A stretch of DNA of 64,000 nt from an uncultured Flavobacterium sp. (GTDB lineage Bacteria > Bacteroidota > Bacteroidia > Flavobacteriales > Flavobacteriaceae), in contig CAYQSQ010000007.1 of assembly GCA_964420215.1 (NCBI GenBank), forward strand, positions 40,892 through 104,891. Reading direction: 5' to 3'. Each line of letters begins with the position of its first letter. Within the stretch, counting starts at the first letter, position 1. Below the pieces are notes generated by a model. The model did not search any database and was not told where the DNA came from. It saw nothing but the letters and a program-made list of their open reading frames with translations. This document shows positions 9,345 to 18,319 of the stretch, piece by piece. The translations under genes were made by a program, and so were the position numbers.

Positions 9345-9983
9345 TTAGTTTGCAGTTAAATATGCAGCAGTACTGTTACGGTCTGCATTCATAGCTTCTT
9401 TACCTTGTTCCCAGTTTGCAGGACAAACCTCTCCTTTAGTTTGTACGTGTGTGTAGGCGTCGATTAAACGGATGTATTCGTTTACGTTTCTTCCTAAAGG
9501 CATATCGTTTACACTTTCGTGGAAAATTTTACCGCTTTCATCTACTAAATAAGTAGCTCTGTAAGTAACGTTTGATCCTACAACTAATACGTCGTCTAAA
9601 TCTTCGTCATAATCTGCTGATTCAATATCTAAAATTCCTAATTTGTTAGATAGGTTACGTGCTGTATCGGCTAAAATAGGGTAGGTTACTCCTTCAATTC
9701 CTCCGTTATTTTTTGGTGTGTTTAACCAAGCAAAGTGTACTTCGTTGGTGTCGCATGATGCTCCGATAACGATTGTGTTTCTTTTTTCAAATTCAGGTAA
9801 TGCAGCTTGAAAAGCGTGTAATTCTGTAGGACACACAAAAGTGAAATCTTTTGGATACCAAAATAACAATACTTTTTTATTGTTTTTTGTAGCTTCTTCA
9901 AAGATATTGATACTTAAATTATCTCCCATTTCAGAGATCGCATCAACGGCAATATTTGGGAATTTTTTTCCGACTAAAGACAT
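9345..9983 (-). CDS. ahpC: 2-Cys peroxiredoxin (AhpC/TSA)
   Basis: FWYPKDFTFVCPTE and GEVCPANW. Confidence 0.93.
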   Translation of the reverse strand: MSLVGKKFPNIAVDAISEMGDNLSINIFEEATKNNKKVLLFWYPKDFTFVCPTELHAFQAALPEFEKRNTIVIGASCDTNEVHFAWLNTPKNNGGIEGVTYPILADTARNLSNKLGILDIESADYDEDLDDVLVVGSNVTYRATYLVDESGKIFHESVNDMPLGRNVNEYIRLIDAYTHVQTKGEVCPANWEQGKEAMNADRNSTAAYLTAN

Positions 9984-10027
9984 TTTATTTGGTTTTAAAA
10001 ATTAATTAATGATTTATATAACGATTA

Positions 10028-10035
10028 CAAAGCTA
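10028..10035 (-). promoter_or_regulatory. -7 promoter element of the ahpC operon
   Basis: TAGCTTTG on minus strand, 44 bp upstream of ahpC. Confidence 0.5.
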
Positions 10036-10115
10036 AAATTAACTTATTGCTTTTTCTATAAAGGTTTATTATATGTTTTTATTTTAAAATAAAGGAAATT
10101 TATTTAGTGTAGTTA

Positions 10116-10829
10116 TTAAAAGCGATGTATAATAAAAATCGCGGGTCTTTTATGTAAATCAGGTACGAAATTTCGCCATTGAGCAGTACTTTTAGTAACG
10201 ATAAACTCAGTATCTAAACTGATGTCTGATGCGATACATAATAAGGTGTCTTTATGAAGTATGGTGATTAAATCTTCGATAAGTTTATTGTTTCGGTAGG
10301 GGGTTTCGATAAAAATTTGCGATTGATTGCGATCTAATGAAATTTTTTCGAAATGTTGGATTGTTTTTTTCTTCTCGGCTTTATCAATGGGCAAGTAGCC
10401 GTTAAATGCAAAGCTTTGACCGTTCATTCCTGACGCCATCATTGCCATTAAAATAGAGGAGGGACCCACTAACGGGATTACGCGGATGTTTTTTTTATGC
10501 GCAAGTGCAACAACGTCTGCTCCTGGATCAGCTATACCAGGGCATCCAGCTTCAGATAAAATACCTACTGAAATTCCATTTAAACAAGGTTCGAGAAATG
10601 TTTCGTATTCAGAGTTTTCGGTTCGTTTATTTAATATCGAAAGGTGGAGTTTGGGTTGACTTTTATCAGGGGAAATTTTTTTAATAAAATGACGGGCTGT
10701 TTTTTCATTTTCGACAATAAAATAATCCAATTGGTCGATTGTGTTTTTAACAGTTTGGGGTAAAACATCAAAAGGGTTAGACTCTCCTAAAGTGGTAGGT
10801 ATGAGGTATACATTTCCTTTTATAGTCAT
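10116..10829 (-). CDS. Tetrapyrrole-methylase-family SAM-dependent methyltransferase (RsmI-like)
   Basis: YLIPTTLG, SEAGCPGIADPG, PLVGPSS, FIETPYRN. Confidence 0.85.
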   Translation of the reverse strand: MTIKGNVYLIPTTLGESNPFDVLPQTVKNTIDQLDYFIVENEKTARHFIKKISPDKSQPKLHLSILNKRTENSEYETFLEPCLNGISVGILSEAGCPGIADPGADVVALAHKKNIRVIPLVGPSSILMAMMASGMNGQSFAFNGYLPIDKAEKKKTIQHFEKISLDRNQSQIFIETPYRNNKLIEDLITILHKDTLLCIASDISLDTEFIVTKSTAQWRNFVPDLHKRPAIFIIHRF

Positions 10830-10832
10830 ACT

Positions 10833-11306
10833 TTATTTTAAATCGGTGGCTTTGATTAATTTATGGGCAATAGTATCACAAACTTGGTCTAACATATTAT
10901 AAAGCGACGTAAAACCGTCAGGACTCCCGTAATAGGGGTCTGGCACATCGATGTTTTCGTTAGGAAATAATTCATTAAGAATTAAAATTACTTTTTGTTT
11001 GGATTGATTGTTGGGAGCTAATTTTAAAACATCTTTATGTACACTCATGTCCATAGTGTAAATAATATCATAAGATTCAAAATCAGCTACAGAAATTTGA
11101 CGTCCTTTTTGGGTGGAAATATCAATATTATTATCTAAGGCAACTGCGATTGAACGAACATCAGGTTTTTTACCCACATGCCAATGTCCTGTACCTGCAG
11201 AATCAACAATAAAATCCGATGGAGGTAATTTGCTAGCAAGAATTCCTTGTGCTAAAGGAGAACGACAAATATTCCCCAGACATACCATTAAGATTCTTGT
11301 TCTCAT
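10833..11306 (-). CDS. Low-molecular-weight protein-tyrosine phosphatase
   Basis: VCLGNICRSP P-loop and DPYY; ATG at 11306 avoids overlap with dnaA. Confidence 0.93.
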   Translation of the reverse strand: MRTRILMVCLGNICRSPLAQGILASKLPPSDFIVDSAGTGHWHVGKKPDVRSIAVALDNNIDISTQKGRQISVADFESYDIIYTMDMSVHKDVLKLAPNNQSKQKVILILNELFPNENIDVPDPYYGSPDGFTSLYNMLDQVCDTIAHKLIKATDLK

Positions 11307-11310
11307 TATT

Positions 11311-12738
11311 TTAATTCGATAATTTGGCATTTAAATCATTTACAAACTTTTTAAATTGTTTATCTGTAGATATTAAATTATCAACCGTTTTACAAGCATG
11401 TAATACCGTTGCATGGTCTCGTTTACCGATTTGAGAACCAATATTGGCTAAAGAAGATTTGGTTAGTTTTTTAGAAAAATACATTGCCAATTGTCTTGCT
11501 TGTACAATATGTCGTTTACGAGTAGGTGAGCGTAATGTTTCGACATCCATTTGGAAATAATTTGAAACCACTTTTTGGATGTAATCTATTGAAATCTCTT
11601 TTTTAACGTTTTTAACAAATTTATCGACAACTTGTTTTGCTAATTCAAGAGTTACTTCTTTTTTATTGAATGACGATTGTGCAATCAAAGAAATAATTGA
11701 ACCTTCTAATTCTCTAATATTTGTTTTGATGTGTTTGGCTACAAACTCAACGGCATCTTCAGGTAATGAAACCCCATCACGATACAATATATTTTTAAGT
11801 ATGGCTACACGAGTTTCATAATCAGGTTGTGTTAACTCAGCAGACAATCCCCACTTAAATCGAGATAATAAACGTTGCTCGATATCTTGCATATCTACAG
11901 GTGCTTTATCAGAAGTAAGAATTACCTGTTTGCCATTTTGATGTAAATAATTAAATATATGGAAAAACACATCTTGTGTACCTGCTTTACCAGATAAAAA
12001 CTGGATATCGTCTACAATTAAAACATCTACTAATTGATAGAAATGAATAAAATCATTTCGGGTGTTTTTTCGAACCGAGTCGATAAATTGTTGTGTAAAT
12101 ATTTCGGCAGAAATATATAAAACAATTTTATCAGGATGTTTAGATTTTATTTCTAAACCAATAGCATGAGCCAAATGGGTTTTTCCTAAACCAACACCAC
12201 CATAAACCATCAAAGGATTAAAAGATGTGCCACCAGGTTTATTAGCAACTGCCATACCTGCAGATCGTGCCAATCGGTTTGAATCACCTTCTAAAAAAGA
12301 ATCAAAATTATAGTTAGAATTCAGTTGCGAATCAATGTTAATATTTCGAATACCAGGTATAATAAAAGGGTTTCTTATTTCTGTATTTTTATTTACAGGA
12401 ACATCAACTTTTTGACTGGTATTGGTGTTGTAATTAGAACTTGGAAGTTGTTCGGTAAAAGGTTGTTTATTGTCATCAATGGCGTTTGCCATTTTGATGC
12501 GGTAAATCAAACGGGCATCTGCACCTAACTCTTTACTAAGAGCTACTTTGAGTAATTTAACATAATGCTCTTCTAGAAATTCATAAAAGAATTTACTGGG
12601 AACCATAATATGTAAAGCATTATCTTTTAGTTCTAAAGGTTTAATGGGTTCAAACCACGTTTTGTACGCTTGTAGCTGAACATTATCCTTTATAAATAAC
12701 AGGCAGTTTTCCCATGCTGATTGAGCTGTATTCTTCAT
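11311..12738 (-). CDS. dnaA: Chromosomal replication initiator
   Basis: YGGVGLGKTHL, LIVDDIQF, NIRELEG, RDHATVLHA. Confidence 0.98.
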   Translation of the reverse strand: MKNTAQSAWENCLLFIKDNVQLQAYKTWFEPIKPLELKDNALHIMVPSKFFYEFLEEHYVKLLKVALSKELGADARLIYRIKMANAIDDNKQPFTEQLPSSNYNTNTSQKVDVPVNKNTEIRNPFIIPGIRNINIDSQLNSNYNFDSFLEGDSNRLARSAGMAVANKPGGTSFNPLMVYGGVGLGKTHLAHAIGLEIKSKHPDKIVLYISAEIFTQQFIDSVRKNTRNDFIHFYQLVDVLIVDDIQFLSGKAGTQDVFFHIFNYLHQNGKQVILTSDKAPVDMQDIEQRLLSRFKWGLSAELTQPDYETRVAILKNILYRDGVSLPEDAVEFVAKHIKTNIRELEGSIISLIAQSSFNKKEVTLELAKQVVDKFVKNVKKEISIDYIQKVVSNYFQMDVETLRSPTRKRHIVQARQLAMYFSKKLTKSSLANIGSQIGKRDHATVLHACKTVDNLISTDKQFKKFVNDLNAKLSN

Positions 12739-12825
12739 GAAAAAAGTAATTTTTTAAATATAATTAGTTCGATTAATTGTTAAAAATAGTCAAGTTTTAC
12801 ACCTCTAAATCTACAGATACAAAAG

Positions 12826-12834
12826 TGTGGATAA
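12826..12834 (-). promoter_or_regulatory. Consensus DnaA box upstream of dnaA
   Basis: TTATCCACA on minus strand (tgtggataa on plus), 88 bp upstream of the dnaA start. Confidence 0.7.
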
Positions 12835-12910
12835 TTTTAGTTATAAAAAAATTATATACGGTTGTATTTTTAAAAATAATAGCGTAAGGTTGTCTAAAAT
12901 TAGAAAATCA

Positions 12911-13306
12911 ATGGATACTTATCAGGTTAGAGTGCGTTATGCAGAAACCGACAAAATGGGAGTAGTTTATCACGCCAATTACGCTGTTTATTTCGAAATG
13001 GGACGCGTCGAATGGCTCAGAAATAAAGGCATTTCATATAAAAAAATGGAAGATAATGGTGTGATGTTGCCTGTTGTTTCATTATCAATTCAATACAAAA
13101 AACCAGCCTATTATGATGATTTATTAACGGTTAAAACTTTTCTAAAAGAATTATCTTCAGTAAAAATTATCTTTGGTTATGAGATTCACAATGAAAAGGG
13201 AGACTTATTAACAACTGGCGATTCAACATTGGTTTTTGTGGATATGAGAACCAACAAACCAACACAAGCTCCCGAATATGTAAAGGAATTAATATTTGAG
13301 GTCTAA
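12911..13306 (+). CDS. Acyl-CoA thioesterase (YbgC/FadM hotdog family)
   Basis: RVRYAETDKMGVVYHANY; ATG at 12911 (the track's GTG start lies inside the DnaA box). Confidence 0.9.
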   Translation: MDTYQVRVRYAETDKMGVVYHANYAVYFEMGRVEWLRNKGISYKKMEDNGVMLPVVSLSIQYKKPAYYDDLLTVKTFLKELSSVKIIFGYEIHNEKGDLLTTGDSTLVFVDMRTNKPTQAPEYVKELIFEV

Positions 13307-13348
13307 AATTAAGTTGTTTGAATTTGCTGATTTTTTTGGTAAATAAAA

Positions 13349-13379
13349 TTTGGAAGATTAATTTTTAAGATTATATTTG
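13349..13379 (+). promoter_or_regulatory. Sigma-A promoter of tRNA-Val
   Basis: TTTG (13349-13352) ... TATATTTG (13372-13379). Confidence 0.65.
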
Positions 13380-13392
13380 CACCATAATAATC

Positions 13393-13467
13393 GGGCGATT
13401 AGCTCAGTTGGTTCAGAGCATCTGGTTTACACCCAGAGGGTCGGGGGTTCGAATCCCTCATCGCCCA
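13393..13467 (+). tRNA. trnV: tRNA-Val (TAC)
   Basis: GGGCGAT/ATCGCCC acceptor stem, D-arm, TCTGG-TTTACAC-CCAGA anticodon arm, GGTTCGAATCC T-arm; CCA not encoded. Confidence 0.97.
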
Positions 13468-13468
13468 C

Positions 13469-13500
13469 AAAACTCCTCATAAAATGAGGAGTTTTTTTTT
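13469..13500 (+). terminator. Rho-independent terminator after tRNA-Val
   Basis: aaaactcctcat/atgaggagtttt stem plus T-run. Confidence 0.85.
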
Positions 13501-13523
13501 GCCTATGTGTTTTAAAAATCCCT

Positions 13524-13531
13524 TACTTTTG
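13524..13531 (+). promoter_or_regulatory. -7 element of aroB
   Basis: TACTTTTG 31 bp upstream of ATG. Confidence 0.55.
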
Positions 13532-13562
13532 CAACACCAAATAACGACGACACATTATCTTT

Positions 13563-14645
13563 ATGAACACTATCACAGCTAGTAATTACCGTATTCATTT
13601 TAATGAAAAAGCATATCCATTTTTAAACAAAAAAATTGCAGAAAAAAAATATTCTAAAATTTTTATCATTTGTGATACAAATACGCACGAGTATTGTTTA
13701 CCCTACTTTTTACCTTTGCTAGAAACAGATATCGCTTTTGAAATTATTGAATTTGAAGCTGGAGAGATTAATAAAAACATTGAAACATGTGTGCAAATAT
13801 GGCACGCCTTAACCGAGTTAGGTGGTGATCGAAAAAGCTTGGTAATTAATGTTGGTGGTGGTGTAGTTACTGATTTAGGAGGATTTGTAGCTTCTACCTT
13901 TAAGAGAGGGGTTGATTTTATCCACATACCTACGACTCTTTTGTCGATGGTAGATGCGTCTGTTGGGGGAAAAAACGGTGTTGATTTAGGAAATTTAAAA
14001 AATCAAGTAGGGGTAATTAACAATCCGATGATGGTTGTAGTGGACTCAGCATTTTTAAATACTTTACCAGCAGCTGAAATTCGTTCAGGGATGGCCGAAA
14101 TGCTAAAACACGGTTTGATTTATGATAAAGAATATTGGAATGCTTTTTCGGGATTGACGAATGAAAATTTTACTTCACTAAATAATATTGACCAATTAAT
14201 TTACCGATCAGTTGAAATAAAAAATGACGTTGTTACGCAAGACCCTCGTGAAAATGGATTACGAAAAGCGTTAAATTTTGGACATACATTAGGTCATGCA
14301 ATCGAGTCTTATTTTTTAGAAAGCACCGAAAAAAAGACCCTTCTACACGGAGAGGCTATAGCTGTTGGGATGATTTTAGAATCTTATATTGGGATGAAAA
14401 AAGATTTACTCACAGGGGAGGAATTTCTTGAAATTAAAAACCTAATCAACCGTATTTATGATAAGATTTCATTCGAAAACAATGATATCGAACAAATTTT
14501 GGAATTATTGATACATGATAAAAAGAACGAATACGGAACCATTCAATTCGCTTTATTAGACGGAATCGGAAAAATAGCCATAAACCAAACCGTCACCAAC
14601 GATCTGATTTATAGTGCTTTTGATGAATACCAAAATAAAATTTAG
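13563..14645 (+). CDS. aroB: 3-dehydroquinate synthase
   Basis: VGGGVVTDLGGF, PTTLLSMVDASVGGKNG, LNFGHTLGHAIE, LHGEAIA. Confidence 0.96.
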   Translation: MNTITASNYRIHFNEKAYPFLNKKIAEKKYSKIFIICDTNTHEYCLPYFLPLLETDIAFEIIEFEAGEINKNIETCVQIWHALTELGGDRKSLVINVGGGVVTDLGGFVASTFKRGVDFIHIPTTLLSMVDASVGGKNGVDLGNLKNQVGVINNPMMVVVDSAFLNTLPAAEIRSGMAEMLKHGLIYDKEYWNAFSGLTNENFTSLNNIDQLIYRSVEIKNDVVTQDPRENGLRKALNFGHTLGHAIESYFLESTEKKTLLHGEAIAVGMILESYIGMKKDLLTGEEFLEIKNLINRIYDKISFENNDIEQILELLIHDKKNEYGTIQFALLDGIGKIAINQTVTNDLIYSAFDEYQNKI

Positions 14646-14662
14646 GCAAGATAATTCGTAAT

Positions 14663-15898
14663 TTACTTTTGGTTATTAAGCATATACGCCATATTTCTAA
14701 TGACGTTATCGTGTTTTTTAACAAAAGAGTTTTCTAAATCCCATACATATCCAGATAGTACAGCACATATTTTACGCTTAACTTCTGGATCCTCGGGTTG
14801 ATGAAAAAATAAGGTTTGTAAATTACCCGTATACCATTCTTTAACGTAGGTTTTGAAAACTTCGACACCTCGTTTGATGTAATCTGAATATTCCGTTTCC
14901 CAATCAACGGTTTCGCCATTCAATTGTCGAGTAATTAATTTTGCTGACAACATACCTGACTCTGTTGCAAAAGCAACACCTGATGAAAAAACAGGGTCTA
15001 AAAATTCCGAACTGTTGCCTGTCAATGCAAAACCATCACCATACATTTTTTTTACCGCTCTTGAATAATTTTGAAGAAGTACAGGTTCAAACACAAAATC
15101 AAGTCCTCCAAATCGTTGTACATAATAGTCGGACAAACTGATGGCTTTTTTTAGGGCTTCGGTTGTATTACCGTTTTTAGAAAGTGATTGTATGTAATCT
15201 GTGGGACCTACTACACCAATGCTTGTATTTCCGTTTGAAAAAGGGATTACCCATAGCCAAACTTCGGTTTCTAATATATCAAAAGATATTAAAGTTCCTT
15301 CCTCTCCAGCGGGTCTGCGAACATCTTTTATGTGTGTAAATATAGACGAGTGTGGGTCTAATCCAGAGGGCGAATCTAAATCTAATAAACGGGGTAAAAC
15401 CCGTCCATAACCACTAGAATCTATAATAAATTTGGCGTGAATTTCTCTTTCGATGCCATTTTTGTCTTTTACAACAGTGATAGAGTTGGCTCCGTTAAAC
15501 GTAACAGAAATTACTTCGGTTTCATATTCTAAATCAACCCCTTTGTTAATCACTTCATCAGCTAATGTTTTGTCAAAGTCTGCCCGAGGCACTTGCCACG
15601 TCCAGTCCCAGCCAGAACCAAATTTTTTGCTAAAATCAAAAGTGCAAATTTCTTTTCCTCGTATAAAACGAGCTCCTAATTTTTTTTCAAAATTCATTTT
15701 GTTTAAAGCAGGTAACAAACCGGCTTCGTCAAAATGATCCATAACTCTAGGGATTAGACTTTCTCCAACTACTAAACGAGGAAATTTAGTTTTTTCTACA
15801 ACTTTAACTTTGATGTTTTTTTGGTGTAAATAAGACGAGGAAACACACCCTGAAGGACCAGCTCCTATCACCAAAACGTCTACAAACTCTGTGGACAT
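14663..15898 (-). CDS. Flavin-dependent halogenase-like oxidoreductase
   Basis: VIGAGPSG, GESLIP, FEKKLGARF, WLWVIP (WxWxIP), FLDPVFSSG. Confidence 0.85.
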   Translation of the reverse strand: MSTEFVDVLVIGAGPSGCVSSSYLHQKNIKVKVVEKTKFPRLVVGESLIPRVMDHFDEAGLLPALNKMNFEKKLGARFIRGKEICTFDFSKKFGSGWDWTWQVPRADFDKTLADEVINKGVDLEYETEVISVTFNGANSITVVKDKNGIEREIHAKFIIDSSGYGRVLPRLLDLDSPSGLDPHSSIFTHIKDVRRPAGEEGTLISFDILETEVWLWVIPFSNGNTSIGVVGPTDYIQSLSKNGNTTEALKKAISLSDYYVQRFGGLDFVFEPVLLQNYSRAVKKMYGDGFALTGNSSEFLDPVFSSGVAFATESGMLSAKLITRQLNGETVDWETEYSDYIKRGVEVFKTYVKEWYTGNLQTLFFHQPEDPEVKRKICAVLSGYVWDLENSFVKKHDNVIRNMAYMLNNQK

Positions 15899-15927
15899 AA
15901 AATCTTATATTTTGTTAATAAAAATAT

Positions 15928-15935
15928 TACATTTG
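15928..15935 (+). promoter_or_regulatory. -7 element at the head of the flexirubin operon
   Basis: TACATTTG in the 121-bp divergent intergenic region. Confidence 0.5.
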
Positions 15936-16019
15936 CCAGTTCAAAGTAACTATTATTATTTCATATATAAAATAGTTCCATAATTATTTTGCAGAAACCA
16001 CAACTAGTATACATAAATT

Positions 16020-17540
16020 ATGAGTACCATAAATGAATTTTTAAATTTAAAGGATTTTGAATCAATAGTTTTTAAAGGTCAAAAAGTATCGTTGAGTCAA
16101 GACGTTATAAACAGAGTTGATAAAAGTTTTAACTTTTTAAAATCTTTTTCTCAAAATAAAATCATTTATGGCGTTAATACTGGTTTTGGACCTATGGCAC
16201 AGTACCGTATTAAAGATGAAGATCGCTTGCAATTACAATATAACTTGATAAGAAGTCACGCTTCGGGTATTGGTAACCCCTTAAATCCAACATGTGTAAA
16301 ATCTGCAATTTTAGCGCGACTAAATACATTATCATTAGGTAATTCGGGGGTTCATCCATCGGCCATTCATTTAATGACGGAGTTAATAAATCGAGACATC
16401 ACTCCTTTAATTTTTGAACATGGCGGTGTCGGAGCGAGTGGTGATTTGGTTCAATTAGCCCATTTAGCATTGGTGTTAATTGGTGAGGGTGAGGTCTTTT
16501 ATAAAGGAGAAAGAAAGTCAACTGAAGAGGTTTTTAAATTAGAAGGATTATCTCCTATGAAAGTGGAAGTACGAGAAGGTTTAGCCTTAATGAATGGTAC
16601 TTCAGTCATGACAGGAATCGGTATTGTAAATACGTATAACGCGGAAAAATTAATAGATTGGTCAATTAAGATGTCTTGTGCAATCAACGAAATTGTTCAA
16701 GCGTACGATGATCATTATTCTATTGAATTAAACCGAACCAAACTACATCACGGGCAACAAGAGATCGCAAAAAGAATGCGTGCTAATTTGTTAGACAGTA
16801 AATTAGTCCGAAAAAGAGAAGATCATTTATATTCGGGCGATAATAACGAAGAAGTATTTAAAGATAAAGTACAAGAATATTATTCCTTACGATGTGTTCC
16901 CCAAATATTAGGTCCTGTATTAGACACTATAGATAATGTAAATAAAGTATTGGAAAATGAAATTAATTCTGCCAATGACAATCCAATAGTTGATGTCGAA
17001 AATGAACACGTTTATCACGGAGGAAATTTTCATGGAGATTATATTTCATTAGAAATGGATAAATTAAAAATTGTAATAACAAAACTAACGATGTTGGCAG
17101 AGCGGCAATTAAATTACTTATTAAATTCTAAATTAAACGAAATACTACCTCCTTTTGTTAATATGGGCGTTTTAGGATTTAATTTTGGGATGCAAGGCGT
17201 TCAGTTTACAGCAACATCTACTACTGCCGAAAACCAGATGTTATCCAATCCAATGTATGTTCATAGTATTCCTAATAATAATGACAATCAAGACATTGTG
17301 AGTATGGGTACGAACTCGGCGGTAATTACTCAAAAAGTGATTGAAAATGCTTTTCAAGTATTAAGTATTGAAATCATAACCATCGTGCAAGCAATAGATT
17401 TATTAGATCAAAAAGACAAAGTATCCGCAGTAACCCGTAAAATGTATGACGAAGTTAGAGCGATCATACCTACATTTAAAGACGATCAGATAATGTATCC
17501 TTTTGTACAAAAAGTAAAAGAGTATTTACAACAAGAATAA
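16020..17540 (+). CDS. MIO-dependent aromatic amino-acid ammonia-lyase, likely tyrosine ammonia-lyase (FjTAL-like)
   Basis: IYGVNTGFG, GASGDL (MIO-forming ASG), YSLRCVPQ, NDNP; 506 aa, closely resembles the recalled F. johnsoniae TAL sequence. Confidence 0.9.
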   Translation: MSTINEFLNLKDFESIVFKGQKVSLSQDVINRVDKSFNFLKSFSQNKIIYGVNTGFGPMAQYRIKDEDRLQLQYNLIRSHASGIGNPLNPTCVKSAILARLNTLSLGNSGVHPSAIHLMTELINRDITPLIFEHGGVGASGDLVQLAHLALVLIGEGEVFYKGERKSTEEVFKLEGLSPMKVEVREGLALMNGTSVMTGIGIVNTYNAEKLIDWSIKMSCAINEIVQAYDDHYSIELNRTKLHHGQQEIAKRMRANLLDSKLVRKREDHLYSGDNNEEVFKDKVQEYYSLRCVPQILGPVLDTIDNVNKVLENEINSANDNPIVDVENEHVYHGGNFHGDYISLEMDKLKIVITKLTMLAERQLNYLLNSKLNEILPPFVNMGVLGFNFGMQGVQFTATSTTAENQMLSNPMYVHSIPNNNDNQDIVSMGTNSAVITQKVIENAFQVLSIEIITIVQAIDLLDQKDKVSAVTRKMYDEVRAIIPTFKDDQIMYPFVQKVKEYLQQE

Positions 17541-17573
17541 TATAATCTAAAAATACAGCAAAAAAATAGATTT

Positions 17574-18305
17574 ATGAAGTGTGTATTAGTAACAGGAGGT
17601 TCAAGAGGTATCGGACGCGCAATATGTCAAAAATTAGCTGTTGATAGCGATTATCACATTTTAATTAATTACCAATCAAATCAAGCTGCCGCAGAAGAAA
17701 CATTGGCGTCAATAATTGCTTTAGGAGCAACAGGAGAATTGTTGCAATTTAATGTTGCTGATTCAGAAGAGGTAAATCAAGTACTTACCCAATGGCAAGA
17801 GCAAAACCCAAAAGCTTTGGTTGAAGCGATTGTAAATAACGCAGGAATTACACGAGATGGACTGTTTATGTGGATGACACACAAAGATTGGCAAGATGTT
17901 ATCAACACAAGTTTAAATGGATTTTTTAACGTAACTAATTTTTTTATGCAAAAAATGTTACGTAATAAATATGGTAGAATTGTAAATATAGTTTCTGTAT
18001 CAGGGGTTAAAGGAACACCCGGACAAACCAATTATTCTGCTGCAAAAGGAGCAATAGTAGCAGCAACAAAAGCTTTGGCACAAGAAGTAGCAAAACGAAA
18101 AATAACGGTTAACGCAGTAGCCCCAGGTTTTATAAAAACAGACATGACCAGTGGTTTGGATGAAAGTGAATTGATTAAAATGGTGCCTGCAAATCGATTT
18201 GGAGAAGCAGAAGAAGTAGCGGATTTGGTTAGTTTTTTAATATCAAAAAAATCAAGTTATATCACTGGTGAAATAATCAATATTAATGGTGGTATATATT
18301 CATAA
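17574..18305 (+). CDS. fabG: 3-oxoacyl-ACP reductase (SDR)
   Basis: TGGSRGIG, NNAG, YSAAK. Confidence 0.93.
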   Translation: MKCVLVTGGSRGIGRAICQKLAVDSDYHILINYQSNQAAAEETLASIIALGATGELLQFNVADSEEVNQVLTQWQEQNPKALVEAIVNNAGITRDGLFMWMTHKDWQDVINTSLNGFFNVTNFFMQKMLRNKYGRIVNIVSVSGVKGTPGQTNYSAAKGAIVAATKALAQEVAKRKITVNAVAPGFIKTDMTSGLDESELIKMVPANRFGEAEEVADLVSFLISKKSSYITGEIININGGIYS

Positions 18306-18319
18306 AAAACCAATAAGTT

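Noticed and set aside
10040-10085. OxyR box upstream of ahpC
   Set aside because: ATTG...CTAT spacing is 6 rather than 7 nt and the remaining half-sites are indistinguishable from AT-rich background
12739-12910. oriC next to dnaA
   Set aside because: Only one perfect DnaA box and no dnaN; dnaA unlinked from dnaN is usual in flavobacteria. GC-skew data would be needed.
13393-13562. tRNA-Val as an integration site for an island
   Set aside because: No integrase nearby and no duplicated tRNA 3' end noticed; followed by a normal terminator and aroB
13563-14645. aroB as a dedicated precursor-supply gene of the pigment cluster
   Set aside because: It has its own promoter, is convergent with the halogenase and looks like an ordinary housekeeping copy; adjacency alone is insufficient
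16020-17540. Histidine utilisation (hutH) operon
   Set aside because: No hutU/hutI/hutG; context and resemblance to FjTAL favour tyrosine ammonia-lyase
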